A stretch of 58,032 nucleotides of DNA, the filler included, from Sphacelaria rigidula (Eukaryota), in assembly GCA_964200075.2 (NCBI GenBank). It is 8 parts of 8 records of this genome, joined end to end, with 100 filler letters (N's around TTAATTAATTAA, not from the genome) between each part and the next. Parts side by side here need not be neighbours in the genome. Positions count along the whole stretch, not along the records: positions 36,335 to 43,500 come from CAXNAA020016172.1; positions 43,601 to 50,766 come from CAXNAA020016173.1; positions 50,867 to 58,032 come from CAXNAA020016174.1; 5 more parts are not named here. One strand, written 5' to 3'. Below, in pieces: positions 39,501 to 51,151 of this stretch (positions are counted from its first letter, which is position 1; each line of letters starts with the position of its first letter). A program made the translations under genes and the position numbers. Below the pieces are notes generated by a model. It was not told the DNA's origin and did no database searches. It saw nothing but the letters and a program-made list of their open reading frames with translations.

Positions 39501-42500
39501 GTAAAGCCCTTGAAGATATATCTGTTTTGATATATGCTCCGATGTGTGGGTCGCTGAACCATCAAAATAGGAACAGGCCGTGCCTCAGAAGTGAAGTGGT
39601 TTCCGCCACCTCACACCCAAATCGGGGGAGATGCGGGAGTCCCCTCATCTGAGCAGAAAGGTGATAAACCAAAAGTCAACGTCAAGAGAAGCGGAGAATT
39701 GATCTGGTTTCTCACAGCTAGCCGAAAAACGTTGCCCAACGGACTGGGCTACGAAAAATCTATCCACGGAAGAAAATCGTCTCTGAACCGGGCTGAAATG
39801 GTCATATTAGTACAAATAGGGATTGGTTGACATACAAAATGATCTAAAATGGGTTCTCCGATTTTTCCCTCCCCGATTTTCGAAAAAATCGACATTGGTG
39901 ACTGCCATAAAAAATGGTCTAAGTACCTGGAGTTGGGTACCGGCATAAACCAAACGTACGGGTTTAGGCAGTGGTCGCTAGGACTCTTCGTGGGCGACCA
40001 ACCAGCTCTACTCGCCATCCCAAGAGAAAACAGTACACGCTTCCACACGCCAAATCCTCAACGATGATTGCATGGTTCAACATGCAGACAGACAGTGTAC
40101 GAGTAGCATATCGGCGTATCAGGTAGTTCCCGCGCACTACACAGCCTGCACCTTTCACCTGATTATGGACATTAAGTCGTCGTCTGCCGTGCTTCATGTA
40201 CAAAAGCCCTCACCTCCGATTATGCTCGCCTGGGTGTCGCCGCCAGCAGCGCGGGCACCACGCCAGCGGCGTCGCCTAGACTTCGCTTTTTCGGCTGACT
40301 GCTGCACAAGTGGCCCTTTGGGTGATGGTGATGGAGGTAATCTCGCCAAAACACTGTCCTTGGTTGTTGTGATTCTCTCATGCCCACGGTGTCGACGCAT
40401 ACGCTTACTTCTATTGCCACCCATCTTGCTCGATCGCGACCTGTCTGGTGCTGCTGTAATCTATACGGTACGAGTACAGTCTGGATAAGGTGTTGTGTAA
40501 TGCCAACGACGAAGATCCCAAGACCCGCGGTCAAGATATTTTTAAGGTCGATATTGTTGCAATACATGTATAGTAAAGCTCTGAAACTACACTGTCTGTG
40601 CTCTGTTGGATAAAGCGTTATTTGTTACATAAGTGTGGTCTTCCGTTGATGCTTAAAACCCAACCTTCCCTTCTGCAGTTTGAGTCATGGGTAGCTAGAC
40701 TGAGAAAAAGACATGGAAAATTCTCAAGATTTTACTTGTTGAAACCTTTTGAAAACCTGTGTAAGCCAACTGGCAGGCAAAGGGGTCATGTCACAGGCTA
40801 CTACCTGTCATAAACCCTTTGTTGCCAAGCAGTATCTTCCTGGGGTGAATTACGCGTATCAAAGGGTATGACTCTACTCTTTGGCGCGTATATCCACTCG
40901 ACGAACCGACGGGAAAGGTCTCTGCGTGCTGTCGAATGTGGTACAAAAAACACGTGTGCATCCCACAACACGGTGACAACGATCGGTTAGAACTAAGTGT
41001 AAGACGTATGTCACGGGAGCGTCTTCTGCGGTTCCTCAGGCGCGTGTGGCCGTTGCTACGACAGCTGCTGCTGCTTGCTTCTCTGAGTGTGCCACCAGCG
41101 TTGGCCTACGCCCTTCGGAAGGTCATCGCTGCCACAGCAAGAAGGTGTGTGTTCTGTTCAACAAAGAGTTTCATATATAATTTATATTAAGGTGGGATAC
41201 ATGCGACGGCGCGCCAGACTCACGTTGCTGTCCCTTGCATCGTTTTGCTGTGAATGGAATTGTTAGACGCGCAGTTCCGGTGCAGCCTAGGTGGTCAGCA
41301 GGCCAAGTCAACAATAGTGTAATGCAGATGATACAGTACAGGGTACGCTTATCCTGTGACATCGACTGGGTACCTCGGGAATCAGTCGATGTGTGGCAGT
41401 CAATAAATTAACCAAGTAAAATATAGCCAGCTCAGACCGGTGGAACAGACAGTATATTAGTAACAGTACCCCCAACGGCTGGCGAAACATGCTCGAGATA
41501 CGAACTACGAGTGTATAAACAGCAGTCGGCCACCCAGCCCACCCTTTGATAACAACCGTGTATTCGATGGTTCTTCTCAACTCTTGGCCCTTGTGACTGC
41601 TTGTGAACATCAGCGAAGTCTTGGAGATTCGTGCGCATGAAAGTGAAGAGTACCCCTAGACTGCGAGCTTTGCCTCAGAACAGGTTCGCCGGCTGACGGT
41701 CCAGCGACATGCCGGGGTTTCCAGTGGGGAGGGGGCTGGTTTTTCGTGAGGCGTGGATTCCTGTCCCCACAGCAACCGAGAAGCTCACGAATTCAATCAT
41801 GCCTGTGAGGTACCAGGCGGTAATTTTGAGGCGGGAACCGAGTTTTGATTGGTCGGTTTGGTCACTTTGTTCCATCGTGGGACAACTACCTCATAGCCTA
41901 GCCGTATTTGACCAGTGATGGCAGTTACGGCACAACAACAGAGGTGGAACTCAGGTGTAACAGGGTGAAGCAAGCACAAATGGGAGACAAAACTGAACTA
42001 TCACCGGGTTTCGATAGCATTCTCGAGTTATTCGCCAGAAAAAGCGCATCTATCGGCCGATAAAGCCCCAGCGCCTCCAGATCGAACAACCAAACGTCCT
42101 GTAAACGTTGCGGACAACCATCTCGAGCACAGAGCATCACCTCGCAGAGTCCAAGTGAAAAAAAATACTCACGGCGGGAATGCCTTTCGCGTAACCAGTG
42201 TTAGTCGTTTTCAAAAATATGGAGGCGGTGTTTTAGCGGCTTAGGCGTGAAGAGGATCCGCACCTCGTGTCAGATGACGCCGAAATTTGGAGAATGTGTA
42301 GATTGGTATAACAGGAAGATGTCACAGTCACAGCTGCGGCAGGGGTAGTCGCTCATAGCCCAGTCTGCATTGATACGGTGGATAATCACTGTGCGTGGGA
42401 TTTTGTTTTTTCAACACCCTGCTGTCTGATGACGACTATAGTGAGTACAGTGACAGTTAAGCACGCTGCCTGCAACGGATCCTGCTGGTCTCATCATCAA

Positions 42501-43500
42501 TCTTCGCCCAGTCATGGATGACCGCTCGGAGAAACCAAACAAATACGCATCGTTTATGGTCCACTATATATATGAGGGTTGGGAGGTGAACGCTTGCGCT
42601 CCAAAACGGTCGAGAGTCGAAGATTAAGCTCCTGTCGCGCGACCAGTGGGTAGCGCGACGGGCCCTTGCCGATGTACCTGGTACTGAGGGTGACATCCCG
42701 GGACGGCCGTGCAAACAGGCTGGCAGCCGGAGTGGGCGTTGCTCTGGTATTCTTCTAGCCTTATCAACTTAGATTTTCTCCGCATAGCCTTTGCACGTGA
42801 ATATTTCGGTGATTGCCTCACTTCTACTTTGGCCATGTGCTCTTGATAATTTCACGATCTCACCGCCTAATATATGGGGAAATATATTACATCCTGGAAA
42901 AGAGCTTTCTGCAGCCGGTATACAACTCAAAATAATGTATTGTGCACAACAGGATAAAGGCTATCGCCTACTGCGACTTGCGCAGTTTCACTTCAAGACA
43001 GAGTGTAGAAATCTCCACGGTATGGGTTGTTTCAGCCGGCTTGCGTGCCATTGCGGCTGTGTGACCATGCGACTCCGCTCAAGATACAGACAGGTATTAT
43101 AGCGGCAGAGGTAACCTTTTACTCCTGCGTGCAACACCGACCGCTGTACAAGATGTGGCGGAGCGAGGGGTGATACACCACGTACACACAGACAGCAAGC
43201 AATATCATAAACATATACTGTAAGCGAGTGTGATTCGAAATCCGTGGGCGCGGGGTGGGGCTGGCATGTAGAGAATCCTGCACAACTTCGCCGTGTACTA
43301 CCGGAACACCCCCTCTTTTCGGTAGAAATCGTTGGCGATGTGTGCTGTGATGGGTCTCGTGCGTGATGGTGCTTGTTACACCTCCGCATACCGCTCGTGA
43401 CGTGACCTCTTGATGCTGCAAGTGCGCACCCCTAGCCTGTTTTGGCGAGAACCCGGCGTGCTCCGTCCCGGCTTTGTAGGGGCGGACCCCCGATGGGGTT

Positions 43501-43600
43501 NNNNNNNNNNNNNNNNNNNNNNNNNNNNNNNNNNNNNNNNNNNNTTAATTAATTAANNNNNNNNNNNNNNNNNNNNNNNNNNNNNNNNNNNNNNNNNNNN
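43501..43600. other. Artificial contig linker
   Basis: N44-TTAATTAATTAA-N44. Confidence 0.99.
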
Positions 43601-44587
43601 CCCCCCCCCAGAAGTCATTACCCGAGGGTTGTATCCATCGTGTTCTACGGTACACTCGAAGTATTGAACAGAAAGACCGGATTTATCATATTCGGGCCCA
43701 TCGAGCTGGGACTCCTTCGCTTAGTTCTTGGGTTTGGGCAGAGCACCAAAATCTGTCGCTGTACAGGCGTGAGAAAAAGACGCTCTCGACCATAGACGGA
43801 GTGTATCATACCGGAAACGCAGAGCACTCGACTTTTGCTGCCGTGATTCAAGTAGATAGACAGCAGGTTGGTTGAGCGGCACATTGGCTCTAAATACAGT
43901 GTGCACGTGCAGGCATCTTGTCAGTTACTTCGCGCTGTTGTTACGAAAATGCCAACGGGTCGACATCTCTTCCTGATTCTTCATTGTCTTGCGACACGTC
44001 GCTCGCCGTCCTGCTATGCTTTCTCCTTTTCATATTTACTGCGTGAGTCCACGAACGGCTCGATTCCTGCGCCGCATCGCTCCACTACATATCTCGCGCA
44101 GAAGTTCCTGTAGCTCGACGTTATTTCTCCTTGCTCCGCACTTGCTGTGTACGGCAAGTACCCAAAATGCATTCCTCGCGTCCTCTCCCAGTCCGACCAT
44201 CCCCTGCAGATGCTGACATGGCACAGTATGCAGTTTACCGTGTGAATTACGCCGCTCACCCACGCCTACCTATCAGCAACATTTTTATTCACCTCCGACC
44301 CAGTCCTGCCACTTCTGCAGTAAAGATGAAGTCAAGGGTCTGCGGGAGTGCTGATACATGGCTTGGCAGTAAACCGTGGGGTAACTTTACTTAGAGATAC
44401 TGATTTGATCGACTTCTTTCCACTATAATAAAGACTTGTCCGAGGGTGGGTGGGGGTTGACGCGCGACGGAGAAAAAAGAAGAACAGATTCCCCCATCGA
44501 TTGCATTGATTTGCATATACAGTAGGTAACATGGAACATCTTTTTGACGCCACTACTTTTATTCCGTGTTTTTGTTTCCCCTTGCAG

Positions 44588-44705
44588 GAACGGGTACGTG
44601 CTGCTGTCATTGGGACGGCAATACCTGGGTAGTGTTTACTGGGCACTCACCACCCTGACCACCGTCGGCTACGGCGACCTGTCTGCAAGAACTGCGGATG
44701 AGCAG
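44588..44705 (+). CDS. CNBD-family K+ channel exon: pore helix and selectivity filter
   Basis: QYLGSVYWALTTLTTVGYGDLSARTADEQ; cag/gtaca boundaries. Confidence 0.93.
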
Positions 44706-44964
44706 GTACAGCTAACCCTGACCCCGTTCGCTGCTGCTAACTACATGGGATCGTTCGCACAAAATTTGGGCCACTGGGCTTTTTTTCGTTGCTACAACTC
44801 TTCTAGAAGCCTTTTTTTACTCCAAACAGGAACGCGACAAAAACGGAGCAGCGTTGTATCAATTTCACCACCGGAGCGCGGGGGCATTGTCCTGTGTGTC
44901 ACTCCTTTTGCTTCACTATCCCTGTATCCGACCACTCTGTTGGGAAAACACGGCGCGCGCTTAG

Positions 44965-45074
44965 GTGTACTCCATGGCCGTGCAGATCGTCGGCGTGTCC
45001 TGGTACGGCTACATCGTGGGAACTTGGGCCTCGATTCTCAACAGCTTCGACAGCGAGGACAAGGAACAACGAAG
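44965..45074 (+). CDS. K+ channel exon: S6 helix
   Basis: VYSMAVQIVGVSWYGYIVGTWASILNSFDSEDKEQR; phase 0 to 2. Confidence 0.9.
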
Positions 45075-45672
45075 GTATCTGACAAGGGCCATTTTTTTCC
45101 GATTCGATTGTCACACGAACTAATCCGCTACAATCCAGTCATGCTAACAAGATACGCGAATGAGGAGTACTCAAGGTGCATACAATATACGGAAGAAGCC
45201 GTTGAAGAAAACCTCGAAAGGAGGGGCAGAGCGTCATCTTAACCTTAGATGGACAAGGCTGGTACGAGACGTTTTTTTTTCATGTCTGGGGCATGTGCAG
45301 CATCACACGACTCCATCTTGTCGATTTTTATCGTCTCGAGCGCGCAGTCGACGGGACGGTACAAGCATTGCTACCCCAGGTTACGGTGTTGACGACACCT
45401 GGATGAAGTGTTTTCTTCTCGGGGGGGGGAGGGGGGGGGGGGATCCGAAACCATGTTCTCCCGGGGGGGGGTAAGGAAAGGAAGAGATGGTATACAAGGT
45501 ACCAGTATGATGCCATTGGTAGCCGAAACCATGGTACTCGAAGGTGTTGCGCCAGTGGGTAATATATGATGTACGGATAGTGTACACCGTGGCCCGTTGT
45601 ACTGTGTTGTAGAAACCACGCAAAGAGGAGTAGGACGGCATGTACAACAACCCTCCCCCTCCCCCAGGGCAT

Positions 45673-46065
45673 GCCGCCGCGCCCTGCTGATATAATAGTG
45701 CCACTGACAGCATTAGGACGAGGAAAGCATGGGTTCGATTCCCGTCGGATGCGTCCGGTCTCTTTTTCTTCTCCGAGCTATCCGGTTTCTGCCTTGAAAG
45801 TGTCAAGATGTATATGGTAGCGAAAATAGTCTGGCTGAATTTGTTAGACGACAGTCGACACGGTGCTGGAGTGCTGACGATCATAATCCAATCCTCTAAA
45901 GTAACGCATACTGCGTGTACCGGGAGAGAGGTGGATTCATCCCGTGGTACAGTTAGAGTATTGGAGCATTAGAGGATTTGACCATTAGAGGATTTGACCA
46001 TTAGACCATTCAACCATAAGATAACGGATTCGTTCGGAGGAAGGGGGGGAGCTACGAGAGAACAA
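45673..46065 (+). mobile_element. Degenerate second copy of the 29613 tRNA-SINE
   Basis: GCCGC start, B-box GGTTCGATTCC and the same GAGAG.TGGATT.ATCCC...GAAGGGGGG 3' module. Confidence 0.55.
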
Positions 46066-46177
46066 AAGAGGCTCTTTTTTTTTCCCCGTTGTCGGTGATG
46101 AAAAGTCGTCTCACTCCCCTTCCCCTCCTTCCCTCCGTCCGTGCCCCCTTTTGCCCTGCTTTTTTTGTGTGTACCAG

Positions 46178-46258
46178 CAAAATGCGCGAGGTAGTGGCGT
46201 TCACGAAGGCTGCTAGCCTCCCGCCGGACACGGCGAAGAAAGTTCGCCAGCACTTCCG
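46178..46258 (+). CDS. K+ channel exon: C-linker
   Basis: KMREVVAFTKAASLPPDTAKKVRQHF; phase 2-2. Confidence 0.88.
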
Positions 46259-46918
46259 GTGGGTGATGTGCTTTGCCGTGTCATGCTCTGCTCTCGTTCG
46301 ATAGTCAGTACAGGGTAGTCTCGGGAGATCTTTTCATAATTTTGATTTTCCCATTTTGCAGGATAGTTTGATCGCATCCCCCCCCCTGTCGTACTACACC
46401 ACACATAGGTCTTTCAGTTACATTCTTATTCCGACAACAAAGAATAGGCAAAAACGGGCGCATAATGCGTATAAGTATGCCCACGGTGATCGTGAAGATG
46501 AGGTACCCTTTTAATACGTAATGTACCTTCAGATGTCTCTGACATCTACTGCACGATCACAGGGACATGATGATGGGTTGAGTCACCCCCCATCCGCCCG
46601 AAAATCTTCGAAACTCCGGCGTGTGCCATGCCGCCCTAACTTGGCGTCGTCGGACTAATCTCGTCGTAGATCTTCGGAGATTTGTGGTGTTGGAGATGTG
46701 ACCAAGGGCTGTATATGCGGATAAAGATATTAGTTAACTTTTGCGGAGAAACGCGTCAGCTGGCGAGCTTGTGCTGAGAAATCCCAGGAACATGAGGAGT
46801 GTGCTCCTTACTATGAGTGTATGTTCAGTTTGTGTGCACGACTGAGTAGGTTGCGTTGCATTTTTTTTGTGCTTCTGTTGCTTGTCATGATACATGATGC
46901 CCTGTTTTGTTTCGCCAG

Positions 46919-47114
46919 GTTCGCCCTATACCGCAAAGACAACTGGATCACGTTCAACGAGCAAGAACTGGTGGGCGACATGCCTTCTTCCCTTCGAGCG
47001 GAGGTGGTTACGTACGTACAACGCAATACCATTGTGCAGATCCCCTGGCTCCAGGGCAAAGATCCGACGTTCGTGGCGGACGTGGTGCTGCAACTCAAGC
47101 CCTACATTTTCCAT
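46919..47114 (+). CDS. K+ channel exon: C-linker and start of cyclic-nucleotide-binding domain
   Basis: NEQELVGDMPSSLRAEV...QIPWLQGKDPTFVADVVLQLKPYIFH; cag/gtaag boundaries. Confidence 0.9.
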
Positions 47115-47698
47115 GTAAGTCACCCCTTTGTTGTCTTTTTCGCCTCGAAACGGACTATAGTACGTACGAGCAGCAAAACCTACAGCGGCCCCCACGCGCT
47201 TCATGTGCGTGGTATTCTGCTGTCCCCACCTCCACCGCTCATCCCTCGCCAGGGGTAAACCTGGTACTCCCTCGGTCATTTCCGTACCCTGGATAATGAC
47301 GATAGATTGCATTGGCGAGACATGTACTGCGTTCACAATCTACTGCCTATTGCAATAGATGCAATGGTCGGCGCCGTACGCAGAGCACTTTTTGGCAATG
47401 TAACAGTCTGTTGTCCAGGGTGTGGTCATTTCCATCTTGGATTTCTCGTGGGCTGTTGCTGCCGTGTTTGTGCCGAGCAGTGATGAATGTTCTGTTGGCA
47501 TCGCTCAGCGCAACAGCCTTTTTCTCGTGACGTAAGTCTGAACGGCGTAGGTCTTCGCGTCGCTACGCTTCCCTAGAGTGCTCCGCCCCCGTTCTTTATT
47601 CGCAGGGGCTGTTTTCCCGTGTTCTTCGCGGCAGGACCCCACCTTGTGATTCAATCACCTCAGCAGCACCATAGACAAACGGTTTCCTTACTCCATTG

Positions 47699-48139
47699 AA
47701 CAGCCAATCATCGAAATTGAGGATGGAGTTTTCATCGAGGATAAGAACCCGGAGGATTAAAATCTTCGTATCCACACTAAATCTTCAAAATATGATTCAA
47801 TTTCTTGACCTACTGGTAGCTATCGCCAAGCACTACACGTCATCCAAATTGTGATTTCAATAACCGAAATGTTGGGGTCCTAGATGAAGAATTAATTTTG
47901 GGAAATGTAGGTGATCCGATCGGATCGCCGAAATTCCCCAATTTTTTTTCAACTAGAACCCCAACATTTCGGTTATTGAAATCACAATTTGGATGGCATG
48001 TAGTACTTGGCGATAGCTACCAGTAGGTCAAGGAATGGATTCATATTTTGAAGATTTAGTGTGAATATGAAGATTTCAATCCTCCGGGTTCTCAACGTCA
48101 ATGAAAAGATTCATCCTCAATTTCGATGATCGGCTGTTA
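47699..48139. mobile_element. Fold-back MITE with ~185-bp inverted arms
   Basis: 47699-47884 is the reverse complement of 47952-48139; a related fragment lies near 39320-39370. Confidence 0.88.
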
Positions 48140-48270
48140 TTACGTGAGGCAGTCCCAACGGCACGCAGATTCCTGCGGGCAGTTCTGTCGGTATTGGGAA
48201 GGCCGACCAGCCTCCTCGGGCGGTTAACCGTCCGGACGTGATGAGTGTGTGTGAATCTCGGTATTTTTCA

Positions 48271-50048
48271 CACTCTGAACAATGGACACAATAATAGTCC
48301 ATTGCTTCAGCGATAGACACGGGGGAGAACCTATCGATATGTATGATCGAACACGATAGATGGTGGAACGCATCTATTGACATGTATTGCAAGGGACAAT
48401 AGATGTTGCAAAAGTCGATCGATAGCCTTTGGCAATTACATTAGATAAATACCACCCGCCATCGAGGGACATCGTGTACTGCAATAGATTCTGGGTTGTA
48501 CATATCGATAGCCATTGCCGTAATCAAAATGTTTGGGGAGATATCCATCGACAGTCATTGTCGTTATCAATAGATTAGGTGAGCCATCCATCGATAGTCA
48601 TTGCCGTCATCAATAGATTAGGTGAGCTATCTATCAATGCATGTTACCGCCATCAATAGATTTGATTAGCCGTCAATCGATAGCCTCTGCCGCCAACAAT
48701 GTATTTTTTGGTATCTACCAACATGGGCATTACCGTCAGCGATCGATTGTTGTCGGGAGCACCTATCGAGAGTCAGTGACGCCAACGATAGGATTTGGAT
48801 AACATATTGCTCACTGGAGTAGTCTCATGACATGGACGGCAATACCCCTTACACATAAATACGCAACGACCTGAGGCGATAAGTGGCCATAGCTTCTGTG
48901 GAATATTGTGGAAACAAACAGCGAAATATGTGCATACATAGCGCTAGTGATCGACGCGATTCCGATTACATTTCGACCCTCAATGGACATTGGTGGGCGC
49001 AATTTAGATCCTACTGTGACCAATATTATGTATTGCTGGCCGCGTGGCAGATCCTCACGTGATCAGCGATAGGCATTGGTGAGCGCAATTTAGAGCCTAT
49101 TGCAACAAATAACATGTATCGATAGACAACTTGACCTCTCCATTGCCACGGCAATGATACGTTCTGTCCCTTGTCTCGGATCTATCGTAGCCTACAATAG
49201 CTATTGATAAACATTGATGCCAGTCGATTATGACTGACAATGAACATTGACGGTCAATTTTTTGAGGCTATTGCAGCGCCAATTTTCTATTCCATAGTCT
49301 ACTGTCCAGGGTATAAGCACATCTCACTCACACGCAAAAGTACTGTACGCGCCTATGCCATCAGAGGGACAACTGTAAGTACCAACTCCGCACCAACAAC
49401 AAAGCTTGTAAACTTTTGTCCAAACATGTTGCGGATTCCTACAACACAAGCGTTCCAAAATTGTAGGAACGTGACGCCATATATTCACAAGTAGTATCAT
49501 TATATTCCCACTGCATGTCCACCTGCAGTTTCTCTACCGTATCTTAACGGAGTATAATATGCTTGACGCATAGTATGTTGCGATGTAGGTGTGGCGATAG
49601 ACGACACAGAGTTTATCGGTAGGCATTGTATACCACAGTAGATTCTGGTATTAACATGTATCTATCAAGATTCATTGCCGCCATGAATAGATTTTATATG
49701 CTATCAATCAATAGCGATTGACGTCATCAATAGATTTGGTATACAATCTGTCAATGGCCATTGTCGTCATCGATAGATATGGCACGCAGTCTATGGATAG
49801 CCATTGCCGCCATCAATAGATTTGGAAAGCTATCCATCGATACATTTGGTCGGCTGCAATAGATTTCGGTGAAGGGCAACAACAGACTGCTGCCCAAACA
49901 AAAGTGTGGGAACTGGTCTATCGATAGATATTGCCAACGAGGATAGAAAAATGAACTTGACGATCGATGGCCATTACGGACGACAATATTGGCATATATT
50001 GCAGCAGATTCTATTGCTATTGCACTAGATGCCGTCTATGTCCAGGGT
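48271..50048. mobile_element. Putative non-autonomous DNA transposon copies carrying 43-bp tandem arrays
   Basis: TGTCCAGGGT right ends at 49303 and 50039, with a short ACCCTGGA...TCCAGGGT copy at 47286-47421; arrays at ~48414-48800 and 49660-49874. Confidence 0.6.
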
Positions 50049-50766
50049 GTTTTTCGCTGCCTCCAGCATAAAGCCCTTTCTCATCGCCCTTGGGCCATGC
50101 TAGGATAGGCGGGGGGGGGGGGGTATTTCGGGCCACTTCTTGCACGAAATTCCAAGTCAAATTGTCGTTGAAAGCAACAACGATTGTTGGAACGGGCTTG
50201 TTAATGATATATAACGCTCATTCATACAACTTGACATGGTTGTTACCCAAATACAAGCACACCGCGAGTGTGGCAGGTCGTCTGGCACCCACGAGCCGTT
50301 TTTTTCGAGGAATCCACCTTCCTTCCCTCCCTCAGCCTGGTCCGGCAAGAACCCGGCGTGCTCCGTCCCGGCTTTCCCGGCATTGTAGGGGCGGACCCCG
50401 ATGAGGTTGGCGTCGGTTGGCGATGACGCTATAAAATACACAACTCACTGCGTAAGCTAGGCAACCAGGTTCCCGGATGGTTTTTGCGCGCTTGCGTTTC
50501 TTTTGCGGTAGTGGTGATGGTGGTGGAGCTACATCATGTTGTGCGGTGTGGGAGAAACTCGACTCCGCGCAACGGGGATGATCGTAATATGTAGTGTTTA
50601 CATGGTGAGACACCCATGAGGCAGGGTGGAACCCGTGGCTGTCTGTGGATCTGGCGATACCAGACAATAAAGCAACTAATTGTAGGTTGTCATCCCAGTG
50701 CAAGATGATCAGTAGGCTTCGGCCCGAACAATCTTGGCAGGATGCAGCTCACCCTTCATGCGACTC

Positions 50767-50866
50767 NNNNNNNNNNNNNNNNNNNNNNNNNNNNNNNNNN
50801 NNNNNNNNNNTTAATTAATTAANNNNNNNNNNNNNNNNNNNNNNNNNNNNNNNNNNNNNNNNNNNN
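50767..50866. other. Artificial contig linker
   Basis: N44-TTAATTAATTAA-N44. Confidence 0.99.
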
Positions 50867-50959
50867 CTCCGTCTCGAAAGGGAGGCGTGGTCCATCATCA
50901 GACGAATCAGCCAGGCACCAGATTAGTCCCCCCTCCCCCCCCCCTGCTTTTCCCTCCAG

Positions 50960-51151
50960 ATGGTCATCCTTCCGTCTGGATTTGAATCCACGCCCGCCTC
51001 AGCAGTGGAACAACCAACAACAGCAACTGCCAACGCAAGTCAAAACTCGGGATCAATTAAGGGCCGCGAGGACCATGGGTCATCGGGAGAGCAGAGAGCT
51101 GAACCGTCCAGGCGACCTCCTGGACCTGGGGACACCGATATGAATGCCAAG
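50960..51151 (+). CDS. Probable exon of an unknown low-complexity protein
   Basis: Pyrimidine tract plus ccag acceptor, AAG/gtcag donor, 64 codons. Confidence 0.5.

Noticed and set aside
40213..40440. Basic, low-complexity minus-strand ORF as an exon
   Set aside because: Splice sites are plausible, but there is no motif or partner exon to support it.
48414..49874. Regularly spaced, partly palindromic repeats as a CRISPR array
   Set aside because: The units are contiguous and degenerate along their whole length, with no unique spacers and no cas genes, in a eukaryotic intron-like context.
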